NCBI GenBank assembly: GCA_964586205.1
Contig: CAZPIG010000004.1
Span: 1 to 44,664 of the forward strand
DNA: 44,664 bases
Direction of reading: 5' to 3'
Source of the DNA: an uncultured Halobacteriales archaeon
GTDB taxonomy: Archaea; Halobacteriota; Halobacteria; Halobacteriales; CAZPIG01
Positions 16,365-24,510 of this stretch are shown here, one piece after another. The translations under genes were made by a program, and so were the position numbers. Positions within the stretch are counted from its first letter, which is position 1. The number at the start of each line of letters is the position of its first letter. Under the pieces are notes generated by a model. That model had not been told where the DNA came from and made no database searches. It saw only the letters and a list, made by a program, of their open reading frames with translations.

Positions 16365-16771
16365 CAAAAGGTATCAAACGCTGATAAGAGGTGAGGTTGA
16401 CTAAATAATGTCTCTAGCGTTGTTATCGTCTACTCAGCACTATGATTATCCGCTGTTTGTATTTCTGACACAAAACCCGTTTCCCATATGTGCTATACCT
16501 TCCCACACCACCGAAATCGACCACAATCGTTTGAAAGCGCTTTTATGGGGTGGCACACTACCAGCGAGCACCGACCCGCGCGGGGTCGATGACGTCCGCC
16601 GCCGCAGGGACTCCGGGGCGCACGAAACCGTCAGAAGCGCGACGAGGCGCGACGAAAACGGACGACGCGACGCACGCGTCGTGCGAACGCCGCGAGACGT
16701 CGACGGCGCGAAGCGACGAACGATGCACCCCCGGCGGCGGGACGCGAGCCAGCGCGCGGGAGGAGACCACC

Positions 16772-17134
16772 ATGCCAGTCTACGTCGAATTCGACGTCCC
16801 GACGGACCTCCAGGAGGACGCCCTCGAGGCCCTGGAGGTAGCGCGGGACACAGGGAGCGTAAAGAAGGGAACGAACGAGACGACCAAGGCCATCGAACGC
16901 GGCAGCGCCGAACTCGTGTTCGTCGCCGAGGACGTCCAGCCGGAGGAGATAGTGATGCACATCCCCGACCTGGCCGACGAGAAGGACGTCCCGTTCGTCT
17001 ACGTCGACAGCCAGTCCGACGTGGGCCACGCGGCGGGGCTCGAGGTCGGCAGCGCCGCCGCGGCCATCGTCGACCCCGGCGAGGCCCGGGGCGACGTCGA
17101 GAACATCGGCGAGAAGCTCGCCGAGCTACGGTGA
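16772..17134 (+). CDS. rpl7ae: 50S ribosomal protein L7Ae
   Basis: [48 protein letters not shown].. ATG at 16772 in the run-on ORF 16550-17134. Confidence 0.95.
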   Translation: MPVYVEFDVPTDLQEDALEALEVARDTGSVKKGTNETTKAIERGSAELVFVAEDVQPEEIVMHIPDLADEKDVPFVYVDSQSDVGHAAGLEVGSAAAAIVDPGEARGDVENIGEKLAELR

Positions 17135-17145
17135 GGTGAGGAGAG

Positions 17146-17370
17146 ATGAGTGCAGAGGAAGGCGAGGAGGGCTCGACGCCCGCCGAGGTCATCGAGGTCG
17201 TCGGCAAGACCGGGATGCACGGCGAGGCCATGCAGGTCAAGTGCCGCATCCGCGAGGGCGAGAACAAGGGGCGGATAATCACGCGGAACTGCCTCGGACC
17301 CGTCCGCGAGGGCGACGTCCTCCAGCTCCGCGAGACCGCCCGCGAGGCCGACACCATCGGAGGGCAGTGA
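17146..17370 (+). CDS. rps28e: 30S ribosomal protein S28e
   Basis: ..[58 protein letters not shown]. Confidence 0.95.
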   Translation: MSAEEGEEGSTPAEVIEVVGKTGMHGEAMQVKCRIREGENKGRIITRNCLGPVREGDVLQLRETAREADTIGGQ

Positions 17371-17372
17371 GG

Positions 17373-17867
17373 ATGGTCCAGACCCGCGAGTGCGACTTCT
17401 GCGGCGACGACATCGAGCCCGGGACGGGGACGATGGTCGTCCTCGCCAACGGCGCGACCGTCCACTACTGCTCGTCGAAGTGCGAGAAGAACGCCGACCT
17501 CGGCCGCGAGCCCCGCGACGTCGAGTGGACCGCGGAGGGCCAGGCCGGCGAGCAGCGTGCTGCCGCGGCGACGGAGCCCGAAGCGGGCGAAGAGCCCGGT
17601 GGGACCGAGGCGGGCGAAGTCGAAACGGAGGCGGACGAAGCCGAGGTGGCCGACGCCGAAGACGAGACGACGGAAGCCGAAGAGGAGGAGCCGGAAACCG
17701 AAGCCGAGGTGGCTGACGCCGAGGCCGAAGACGATGCGGCAGGAGCCGAGGACGAGGGGGCCGAGGCCGAAGACGAGGCGGCCGAAGCGGCAGACGCGGA
17801 CGACGCCGAAGCGACTGACGCGGACGCCTCGGACGACGCCGACGAGGCCGAGGAGGTCGAGAGCTGA
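17373..17867 (+). CDS. rpl24e: 50S ribosomal protein L24e with an acidic C-terminal tail of about 100 aa
   Basis: [40 protein letters not shown] is the L24e zinc-binding core. An Ala/Glu/Asp/Thr tail follows. The stop overlaps the ndk ATG (TGATG). Confidence 0.9.
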   Translation: MVQTRECDFCGDDIEPGTGTMVVLANGATVHYCSSKCEKNADLGREPRDVEWTAEGQAGEQRAAAATEPEAGEEPGGTEAGEVETEADEAEVADAEDETTEAEEEEPETEAEVADAEAEDDAAGAEDEGAEAEDEAAEAADADDAEATDADASDDADEAEEVES

Positions 17868-18331
17868 TGGCCGACCGCGAGCGCACCTTCGTCATGGCCA
17901 AGCCGGACGCCGTCCAGCGCGGCCTCGTGGGCGAGCTGATATCCCGCCTGGAGGACCGCGGGCTGAAGCTCGTCGGCGCGAAGATGACGTGGATAGACGA
18001 CGAGATGGCCGAGCAGCACTACGAGGCCCACACGGACGAGCCCTTCTTCGACGACCTGAAGGCGTTCATCACCTCCGGGCCGGTCCTGGCGATGGTCTGG
18101 GAGGGCCAGGACGCCGTCCGGCAGGTCCGGCGGACGATGGGCGAGACCGACCCCCTGGAGTCCGAACCGGGGACCATCCGCGGCGACCTCGGGCTGGACC
18201 TCGGCCGCAACGTCGTCCACGGGTCGGACCACGAGGTCGAGGGCGACGCCGAGCGCGAGATAGCGCTGTTCTTCGACGACGACGAGCTACACGACTACGA
18301 GCGCGCCGACGAGACCTGGCTGTACGAGTAG
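17867..18331 (+). CDS. ndk: nucleoside-diphosphate kinase
   Basis: [36 protein letters not shown]....NVVHGSD (active-site His). Confidence 0.95.
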   Translation: MADRERTFVMAKPDAVQRGLVGELISRLEDRGLKLVGAKMTWIDDEMAEQHYEAHTDEPFFDDLKAFITSGPVLAMVWEGQDAVRQVRRTMGETDPLESEPGTIRGDLGLDLGRNVVHGSDHEVEGDAEREIALFFDDDELHDYERADETWLYE

Positions 18332-18479
18332 GGCCGGAGCGATAGAGTCTGCTGTTAGGACTGATTGCACGGTTGCTGGACATCCGAAAGCCGCGGCCTG
18401 CTCGCATTTCAGGTTCCGGTGGACTCGTGGCGTCACCCTCCGGGTTACCTAGGAACAGAGGTTGAGGGTGAAGACCAAG

Positions 18480-18487
18480 ATTATTTT
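18480..18487 (+). promoter_or_regulatory. TATA-box-like element of the islet wHTH gene
   Basis: ATTATTTT is centred about 28 nt upstream of the ATG at 18511. Confidence 0.4.
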
Positions 18488-18510
18488 GTGCCCCAGACTA
18501 ATCATCCAAT

Positions 18511-18801
18511 ATGACGGAAAACGAAGTCTGGTCTCCTCGAATTGGTGTGAGAAGAACGGAAAGAGAAAGCATTCTCTTGTTCCTTTCACAGGAGGAAGCG
18601 GCTGAGAAGAGAGAACTGAGGAATGAAATTCGCATGACTCGAGATGGGGCCGAACAGCATCTGAAATATTTAGAAGAAAATGGTTTCGTGGATAAAACGC
18701 TGGTCAGTACAGGGATGAAATCTCAGTATTCCCTTACCGAGGAAGGTAAACGCCTAGCAGCAGAAATTCGATGGGGTGATGACTCTCAAAGAAAGCCTTG
18801 A
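18511..18801 (+). CDS. small winged-helix transcriptional regulator
   Basis: ..ILLFLSQEEAAEKRELRNEIRMTRDGAEQHLKYLEENGFVDKTLVSTGMKSQYSLTEEGKRLA is a wHTH of ArsR/PadR/MarR type. AT-rich codon usage. Confidence 0.6.
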   Translation: MTENEVWSPRIGVRRTERESILLFLSQEEAAEKRELRNEIRMTRDGAEQHLKYLEENGFVDKTLVSTGMKSQYSLTEEGKRLAAEIRWGDDSQRKP

Positions 18802-18807
18802 ACGAGA

Positions 18808-19593
18808 TCATGATAATGAGTTGATCATGAAGAGCACCTCAAATTGAGGTGTCACTCTATCATTTCGATACTTCACATTCCTTAGAATGCCGGTGAGATA
18901 TACATGTCCATCAGTCTTGGTTAGTTCCTCATATTTCCTGTCTTTAGGGTATTTTCCTGCAGTAACGCACTCAATTGTGTTGTCGTCAAAAGTGACTTCA
19001 AAATCAACAACGGGCACAGTGGTCGTTCCTTGGCTAACCTGGATCGCGCTATTCGCACAGCCGTTTTGACCACATATCTCAATTGTTTCGTTTGTATATA
19101 TCGGTTGTGCAATACGAGAAGTGTGTCCTTCCGGACACCGGTAGCCTATCGTTCGAGCTTTTCGTTCCCTTACAATGTCTTCTCCAATTGGAACATGAAA
19201 AGAAACCAATCTGTTTGGTTTCTTGACCAATGTGTCAAAGGTATTTATCTCGAATCCAGGGTGTCCAATTGATCTACTCCTAGAGGAGCAGACGTGGAGA
19301 AACAGTAAATCGTAATCACGACCTTTCGCTGTATCAATACCTTCTTCGTCCACGAAGTCAGCAAACCCCTTCCTTGCGTCTCTGAGGACTTGATCTGGGA
19401 ATCTACGAAGATGTTCAGTCTCGATATTGAAATCATACTCGCCACTGGCAGGGTTTAATTCGCCTACACGGAGGGTCAGAGAGTTGTAGATTGGCTCTTC
19501 TGCAGCTGATTTCAGACTCCGGTACCCCGAGCTGGCATACTTCGCAGACCAGTAGTTCTTCCAATCGCTAGTATAATCTGGAGGTTCGGGCAT
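18808..19593 (-). CDS. orphan MCM N-terminal-domain-like protein (helical subdomain, zinc motif, OB fold; no AAA+ module)
   Basis: The order of elements parallels archaeal MCM N-domains. (1) ..FNIETEHLRRFPDQVLRDARKGFADFV (helical A subdomain). (2) LVSFHVPIGEDIVRERKARTIGYRCPEGHTSRIAQP...EICGQNGC (strand, C-x3-H...C-x4-C zinc motif). (3) VVDFEVTFDDNTIECV.. (OB strands). (4) ..DGHVYLTGILRNV (the GD-x-V-x-V-T-G-I-x-R-like end). The ORF itself is confident; the domain call is by eye only. Confidence 0.45.
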   Translation of the reverse strand: MPEPPDYTSDWKNYWSAKYASSGYRSLKSAAEEPIYNSLTLRVGELNPASGEYDFNIETEHLRRFPDQVLRDARKGFADFVDEEGIDTAKGRDYDLLFLHVCSSRSRSIGHPGFEINTFDTLVKKPNRLVSFHVPIGEDIVRERKARTIGYRCPEGHTSRIAQPIYTNETIEICGQNGCANSAIQVSQGTTTVPVVDFEVTFDDNTIECVTAGKYPKDRKYEELTKTDGHVYLTGILRNVKYRNDRVTPQFEVLFMINSLS

Positions 19594-19692
19594 AAACGAC
19601 CAAGAGCCTGTTACTTGAAGTAGGTTCCGATGGTTCTACCCTTCTACTCCTAAGAGAATGTCTTCGGAAACATTTTACCAGTAACAACCTCA

Positions 19693-20376
19693 ATGGATAC
19701 CAAACGAACCAGAGGTTACCAGTCCATGTCAGACCAAATTTTCATATCCCACAGTAGGGAGGACAAGGATCTCCTCGACGAGCTTGATCGGGTTTTCGGG
19801 AAAGTAGGTCTAAAGCAGTACAGAGCTAGCTTTGAGGATCAATCTCCAGCAGTCAGCGAAGACCTAAAATCCCAGATAAATGACTCAGTAGGGATGTTTG
19901 TCGTATTAGGCAGACGAGCACAAGCGAAAACGCATACGATGATTTGGATTGGCTGGGAGGCCGGGATTGCCATCCAAGCTGGAATTCCAGTTTGGATTTT
20001 AGAGGATATGCAATCGAATGTGACGCAGCCTATTCCGAGCTTTACCGATTATGTTCTTTGGAACTCTCAAGAAAATAAACAAAAAAGGATTTTGAGAGAC
20101 GTGATTGAGAACGAATTCGTCAACTCCCGTTCTCGTGATGTAACAGAGTACTTCGAACCCCAAACAAAGGACTCAAATAGCCTTGTGGGTCAAAATAGAA
20201 ATAACGCCAACGTTCGGAATAGTCAAGTCAACAAGGAGACACAGGGGATTAGGTGTCCATACGATGACTGTGGCGAGAAATTTGTCATCCGGTTTGAAGG
20301 CCCCAGCGAATTTAATTGTCCATCCTGTAGACAAGCCGTTGTGTTAGAGGAAGAATCAGATCCATATTCGTGGTAG
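19693..20376 (+). CDS. ThsB/DUF1863-type TIR-like domain protein with C-terminal zinc ribbon
   Basis: QIFISHSREDKDLLDEL.. then ..SVGMFVVLGRRAQAKTHTMIWIGWEAGIAIQAGIPVWILED (TIR-like layout with a W..E helix). C-terminal CPYDDC..(16)..CPSC. An alternative ATG lies at 19726. Confidence 0.55.
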   Translation: MDTKRTRGYQSMSDQIFISHSREDKDLLDELDRVFGKVGLKQYRASFEDQSPAVSEDLKSQINDSVGMFVVLGRRAQAKTHTMIWIGWEAGIAIQAGIPVWILEDMQSNVTQPIPSFTDYVLWNSQENKQKRILRDVIENEFVNSRSRDVTEYFEPQTKDSNSLVGQNRNNANVRNSQVNKETQGIRCPYDDCGEKFVIRFEGPSEFNCPSCRQAVVLEEESDPYSW

Positions 20377-20553
20377 TTCACTACATGACTAAGATCATCG
20401 CCGCATAGTTGTTGTTTTCCTCTCCAGCCTCGCCCATCAGTAGTTCGAGCTCCAATCAAAGCGAATGGCGACACTCACGTCGCCGATAATGGGCATATTC
20501 CACAGTTGCCCGGAGCATGACGTTTTACGTCCCCCGACCCGAACCCACGTGGT

Positions 20554-22965
20554 ATGGATTACGAAACCACCCGGCGGGCCCTGCTGGGGCTCGCCGCTGC
20601 CGGCGGCGCGGCCGCGACCGTCACCGGGCCGGTGGCCAGCCTCGTCGAGCAGTTCGCCCCGCTGTCGGGGTCGGCGTGGGACGCCGCCGGCCGGGCCCCG
20701 GCGGGCACCGTCGAGAGCCCGCACGGGCCGGCGGAGGTACGTTACGACGACCACCACGTCCCGCACGTGTCGGCGGACTCCGAGGCGGCGGCGTACTTCG
20801 CCGTCGGCTACGTCCAGGGGTTCGACCGCCTGTTCCAGATGGACCTCGTCCGCCGGCTGATGGACGGCCGGCTCTCGGCGGTGGTCGGCGAGGCGACCGT
20901 CGACTCCGACGTCTTCCACGCGAAGATGGACTTCCGCGGCGGCGCGGACGCCTCGGTGGCGGCCCTCTCGGACACCCGGACCGAGCGGCTGGCAGAGGCC
21001 TACGCCGACGGCGTCAACGCCGCCATCGAGGGCGAGGAGCTGCCCCTGGAGTTCCGGCTGCTGGGCTACGAGCCGGAGCCGTGGAGCGTCGCGGACACGC
21101 TGCTGGTCGGGATGCAGATATCGTGGGGGCTGACCGGGAGCTTCAACACGCTCCGGCGGGCGGTGCTGCGCGAGCAACTCGGCGAGGAGACCTACCGGCG
21201 GCTGTACGGCCGGCCGTTCGACCACGGCGCGCCCATCGTCCGCGAGGGCCGGACCGGCGGCGAGGTCCACGGCACCGGCGAGCGCGAAGGGGCCGACGAG
21301 GACGCCCTCCGAAACGTCGACGCCGACTTCGTCGACTGGCTCGCACGCCACGAGCCCCCGCCGCTTCTGGGGTCGAATAGCTGGGTCGTCTCCGGGGAGT
21401 TCACCGACAGCGGCAGCCCCATCGTCTGCAACGACCCGCACCTGACGCTGATGGCCCCGCCGGTCTGGTACGAGCAACACATCGACGCCGGCGACGTGAA
21501 CGTCCGCGGGGTCTCCTTTCCGGGCGTCCCGTTCGTCATCATCGGCGAGAACGACCACGGCGCGTGGGGGTTCACCAACACCGGCGCGGACGTCGTCGAC
21601 TTCTACACCTACGAGACCCGCGAGCGGAGCGACGGCCCCGACCAGTACCGCTACGACGGCGAGTGGCGCGACTTCGACGTCGAGACCCGGACCGTCGAGG
21701 TGTCGGGCGGCGACGACCGCGAGGTCGAGGTGAAGAAGACGGTCCACGGGGCGTTCGTCGACCGGGAGGTGAACGGGCGGACCCGCCACGTCGGCGTCTC
21801 GTGGACGGGGATGACCGGCACCCGCGAGTCCGAGGCCGTCTACGAGTTCAGCCGCGCGGAGGGCATCGACGACTTCACGGCGGCCATCGAGAAGTTCGAC
21901 GTGCCGACCCAGAACGCCGTCTACGCCGACCGGGACGGCAACACGCTCTACTACGTGACCGGGAAGATACCCGTCCGCCAGGTCGACGGGCAGGTCGTCC
22001 GTGGCGACCGGGTGTTCGACGGGTCGGCGGGCGAGGCCGAGTGGGCGGGCTTCACGCCGTTCGGCCAGTCGTCGTGGGAGGGGTTCGTCCCCTTCGAGGA
22101 CAAGCCCGGCGTGGTGAACCCCGACTACGTCGGGACCGCGAACCAGCGACTGGTCGACGACCCCACCTACCCCATCGGCCAGGAGTACGCCTCGGGCTTC
22201 CGCGGGATGCGCATCTACGAGCGCCTCGACGGCGCGGTCGAGGCCGGCGAGGCCATCACGCCCGACCTCCTCGCCGACCTGCAGGCCGACACCCTCGACG
22301 TCCGGGCGCGGATGCTGGTGCCGGCCATCCTCGAGGCCCGCGACCGGATGCCCGACGCGGCCGACCGGTGGCTCGACGCCATGGCCGACTGGGACTTCCG
22401 GATGGACCGCGACTCCGGGGCGGCGCTCGCGTTCCGGTGGTTCTACGAGTACTTCCGCGAGGAGACGTGGGCCGACGACTACGAGGCCGCCGGCCTCGAC
22501 GACGGGTGGTGGCCCCAGGAGTGGGTGCTGACGACGCTGCCGGCCGACGACGAGCACTTCGGCGGCGACCGCGCGGCCGTGATGGCGACGGCTATGGAGC
22601 GCGCCGTCCAGCGCATCGACGAGGAGGGCTGGGAGACCTACGGCGACTTCAACCGCACCGCGCTGGACCACCAGTTCGGCTCGCAGGTCCCGGCGCTGAA
22701 CTACCCGCGGTACCCGACCGACGGCTCGTCGTACACGGTCTCGAACTTCCGACACACTTCCTCGGTGGGCAGTAGCTGGCGGATGGTCGCGCCGATGGAC
22801 GGCGACTCGCGGGGAGTCCTCCCGGGCGGCAACTCCGGGGACTACTTCTCCGAGCACTACAGCGACCAGCTACGGACGTGGGCCGACCACGACTACAAGT
22901 CGATGGCGCGCGAGGCGGCGGGCGACCTCGCTATCACCTTCGAGTCGGGAGGTGACGGCGGATGA
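20554..22965 (+). CDS. penicillin acylase family (Ntn-hydrolase, S45) protein, Tat-exported
   Basis: Tat signal TRRALLGLAAAGG. ..PPLLGSNSWVVSG.. carries the Ser nucleophile of the beta chain. Length of about 800 aa is typical. Confidence 0.9.
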   Translation: MDYETTRRALLGLAAAGGAAATVTGPVASLVEQFAPLSGSAWDAAGRAPAGTVESPHGPAEVRYDDHHVPHVSADSEAAAYFAVGYVQGFDRLFQMDLVRRLMDGRLSAVVGEATVDSDVFHAKMDFRGGADASVAALSDTRTERLAEAYADGVNAAIEGEELPLEFRLLGYEPEPWSVADTLLVGMQISWGLTGSFNTLRRAVLREQLGEETYRRLYGRPFDHGAPIVREGRTGGEVHGTGEREGADEDALRNVDADFVDWLARHEPPPLLGSNSWVVSGEFTDSGSPIVCNDPHLTLMAPPVWYEQHIDAGDVNVRGVSFPGVPFVIIGENDHGAWGFTNTGADVVDFYTYETRERSDGPDQYRYDGEWRDFDVETRTVEVSGGDDREVEVKKTVHGAFVDREVNGRTRHVGVSWTGMTGTRESEAVYEFSRAEGIDDFTAAIEKFDVPTQNAVYADRDGNTLYYVTGKIPVRQVDGQVVRGDRVFDGSAGEAEWAGFTPFGQSSWEGFVPFEDKPGVVNPDYVGTANQRLVDDPTYPIGQEYASGFRGMRIYERLDGAVEAGEAITPDLLADLQADTLDVRARMLVPAILEARDRMPDAADRWLDAMADWDFRMDRDSGAALAFRWFYEYFREETWADDYEAAGLDDGWWPQEWVLTTLPADDEHFGGDRAAVMATAMERAVQRIDEEGWETYGDFNRTALDHQFGSQVPALNYPRYPTDGSSYTVSNFRHTSSVGSSWRMVAPMDGDSRGVLPGGNSGDYFSEHYSDQLRTWADHDYKSMAREAAGDLAITFESGGDGG

Positions 22966-23423
22966 GCGACGCCGACGCGTCTTCCGAGGGCGCGACGCCG
23001 TCCTCGGACGACGGGGTCGCGTCCGCGGAGGACGGCGTCGCGGGTGGCGAGCGCCGACCGGCGGGGGGCGAGGCGAGCACCGTTACGGACGCGCGCCGCC
23101 GTCTCGACGCGATACGCGCGGACGCGGACCGCCGGCGGACCGCCCAGGCGGCCGGGGCCGTCGCGGGGCTGGTCCTCGCCGCGGTCCACCCGGTCGGACT
23201 GGTGGTCGGCGGCGCGCTGGTGGGCCTGTTCGCCGCCGACCTCCGCCGGGCGGTGGCCGCGGGCGCGGCGTTCGGCGTCCTCGCGCTGGTCGCGTTCGCC
23301 GCGACGCTCGCCGTCGGGGGCGGCCTCGGCGGCTACCTCGCCATGGGGATGCTCACCGCCGTGAGCGTCGGCGCTGGACTGGTGCTCCCGGTTCTGGGGT
23401 CGCTGGTCCGCGGCGCGGTGTAG
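22962..23423 (+). CDS. small membrane protein of unknown function, translationally coupled to the acylase gene
   Basis: The ATG overlaps the acylase stop (ATGA). Acidic N-terminus followed by 3-4 hydrophobic segments. Confidence 0.55.
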   Translation: MSDADASSEGATPSSDDGVASAEDGVAGGERRPAGGEASTVTDARRRLDAIRADADRRRTAQAAGAVAGLVLAAVHPVGLVVGGALVGLFAADLRRAVAAGAAFGVLALVAFAATLAVGGGLGGYLAMGMLTAVSVGAGLVLPVLGSLVRGAV

Positions 23424-23699
23424 GCCCGGTTCCGACCCCGCTTCGTTCCGTCTCTCGCCTCGGCCCCTTGCGGACGCACTTCACTTCCTCGGTCACTACG
23501 ACGAGATGCCACGTGATCGGCCACCACGTCGCATCCATTCGGGCAGTTTCCAGTCACTATCCGTCGCCAAAGGACGCTTCCCGGACGCCAAGGGCAATTG
23601 TTCGGGAATCGATGTTTTTCGCCCCGGACGGCGTATCCCCCGGACACGGACGGCGCGGGTCGTGTCCAGTCGGACCCCCGCGCCCATCCGGGACCTACC

Positions 23700-24299
23700 A
23701 TGAGCACTGAAACTGCAACTGGAGACGCGTACGTATCGGAGGCCGTGGAGGACAACTGGGGGTACCTCGTCGGGGGCGGCATCGTCCTCGGCGTCCTCGG
23801 GGTGCTGGCCATCGTCTTCCCGTTCGTGACGGGCGTCGCCCTCTCGCTGCTGCTGGGGGCGCTGCTGGTGGTCGGCAGCCTCGTGTACTTCGCGTCGGCG
23901 TTCTCCGCCCAGGGGTGGCGCGGGTTCGCCTGGCACGTGGTGCTGGGGCTGGTGTACGCCGTCGCGGGCATCACGCTGATGGCGAACCCCGTCGTCGGGC
24001 TGGCGACGCTGACCGTCCTGGTGGTGGCGTACTTCCTCGTCGACGGCGTCGTCGAGATAGTGATGGGCGTCCGCCTGCTCGGCCAGCGCGGGGCGTGGTG
24101 GGCCATCGCAAGCGGGGCCGTCTCGCTGGTGCTGGCGGGCCTCGTCTGGGTCGAGTGGCCGTCCAGCGCGCTGTGGGCCGTCGGCCTGCTGTTCGGCGTC
24201 GGCCTGCTGACCTCCGGGCTCTCGATGGTCGCCATCGGCGTGGGCGGCCGCCGGGTCGAGGAGCCGACCGAGACGATGGCCGGTGCCGGCGAGGTGTGA
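23700..24299 (+). CDS. HdeD/DUF308 family membrane protein
   Basis: ATG at 23700 in ORF 23598-24299. Repeated pairs of TM helices with the W..L.G...I..G......P pattern (..NWGYLVGGGIVLGVLGVLAIVFP.., ..GWRGFAWHVVLGLVYAVAGITLMANP..). Confidence 0.75.
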   Translation: MSTETATGDAYVSEAVEDNWGYLVGGGIVLGVLGVLAIVFPFVTGVALSLLLGALLVVGSLVYFASAFSAQGWRGFAWHVVLGLVYAVAGITLMANPVVGLATLTVLVVAYFLVDGVVEIVMGVRLLGQRGAWWAIASGAVSLVLAGLVWVEWPSSALWAVGLLFGVGLLTSGLSMVAIGVGGRRVEEPTETMAGAGEV

Positions 24300-24510
24300 T
24301 CCGACCCGCTCGACGTGTGGTGGCGTCGGCCCGCCGTGTCGGCGCGCCACAGCCCGGTCGCGACGATAGTGCCGATGCCGATAGCGACGACGCCGACGGC
24401 GGCGGCAACGGCAATGCCGACAGCGGTAGCGGCGACGCCGACGCCGTTCGGGACCGCGACGGCGAACGACGACTCTGCGACACCGACCACACCGCCCGCC
24501 CCCGCGACAC

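Noticed and set aside
16585-16595. A box C/D or kink-turn element in the rpl7ae upstream tract.
   Set aside because: Only a partial C-box-like CGATGA was found. There is no CTGA D box and no pairing partner, so this is kept only as a low-interest hypothesis.
19693-20376. A Thoeris system (ThsB with ThsA).
   Set aside because: No SIR2, Macro or SLOG domain gene exists anywhere in the islet or its flanks. Only the TIR-like component is present.
24300-24490. A minus-strand ORF start (MVGVAESSFAVAVPNGVGVAATAVGIAVAAAVGVVAIGIGTIVATGLW..) that looks like a small TM protein in the HdeD/AI-2E gap.
   Set aside because: The frame does not terminate until 23333. It would run antisense through the whole HdeD gene, so it is most likely a GC-rich shadow ORF.
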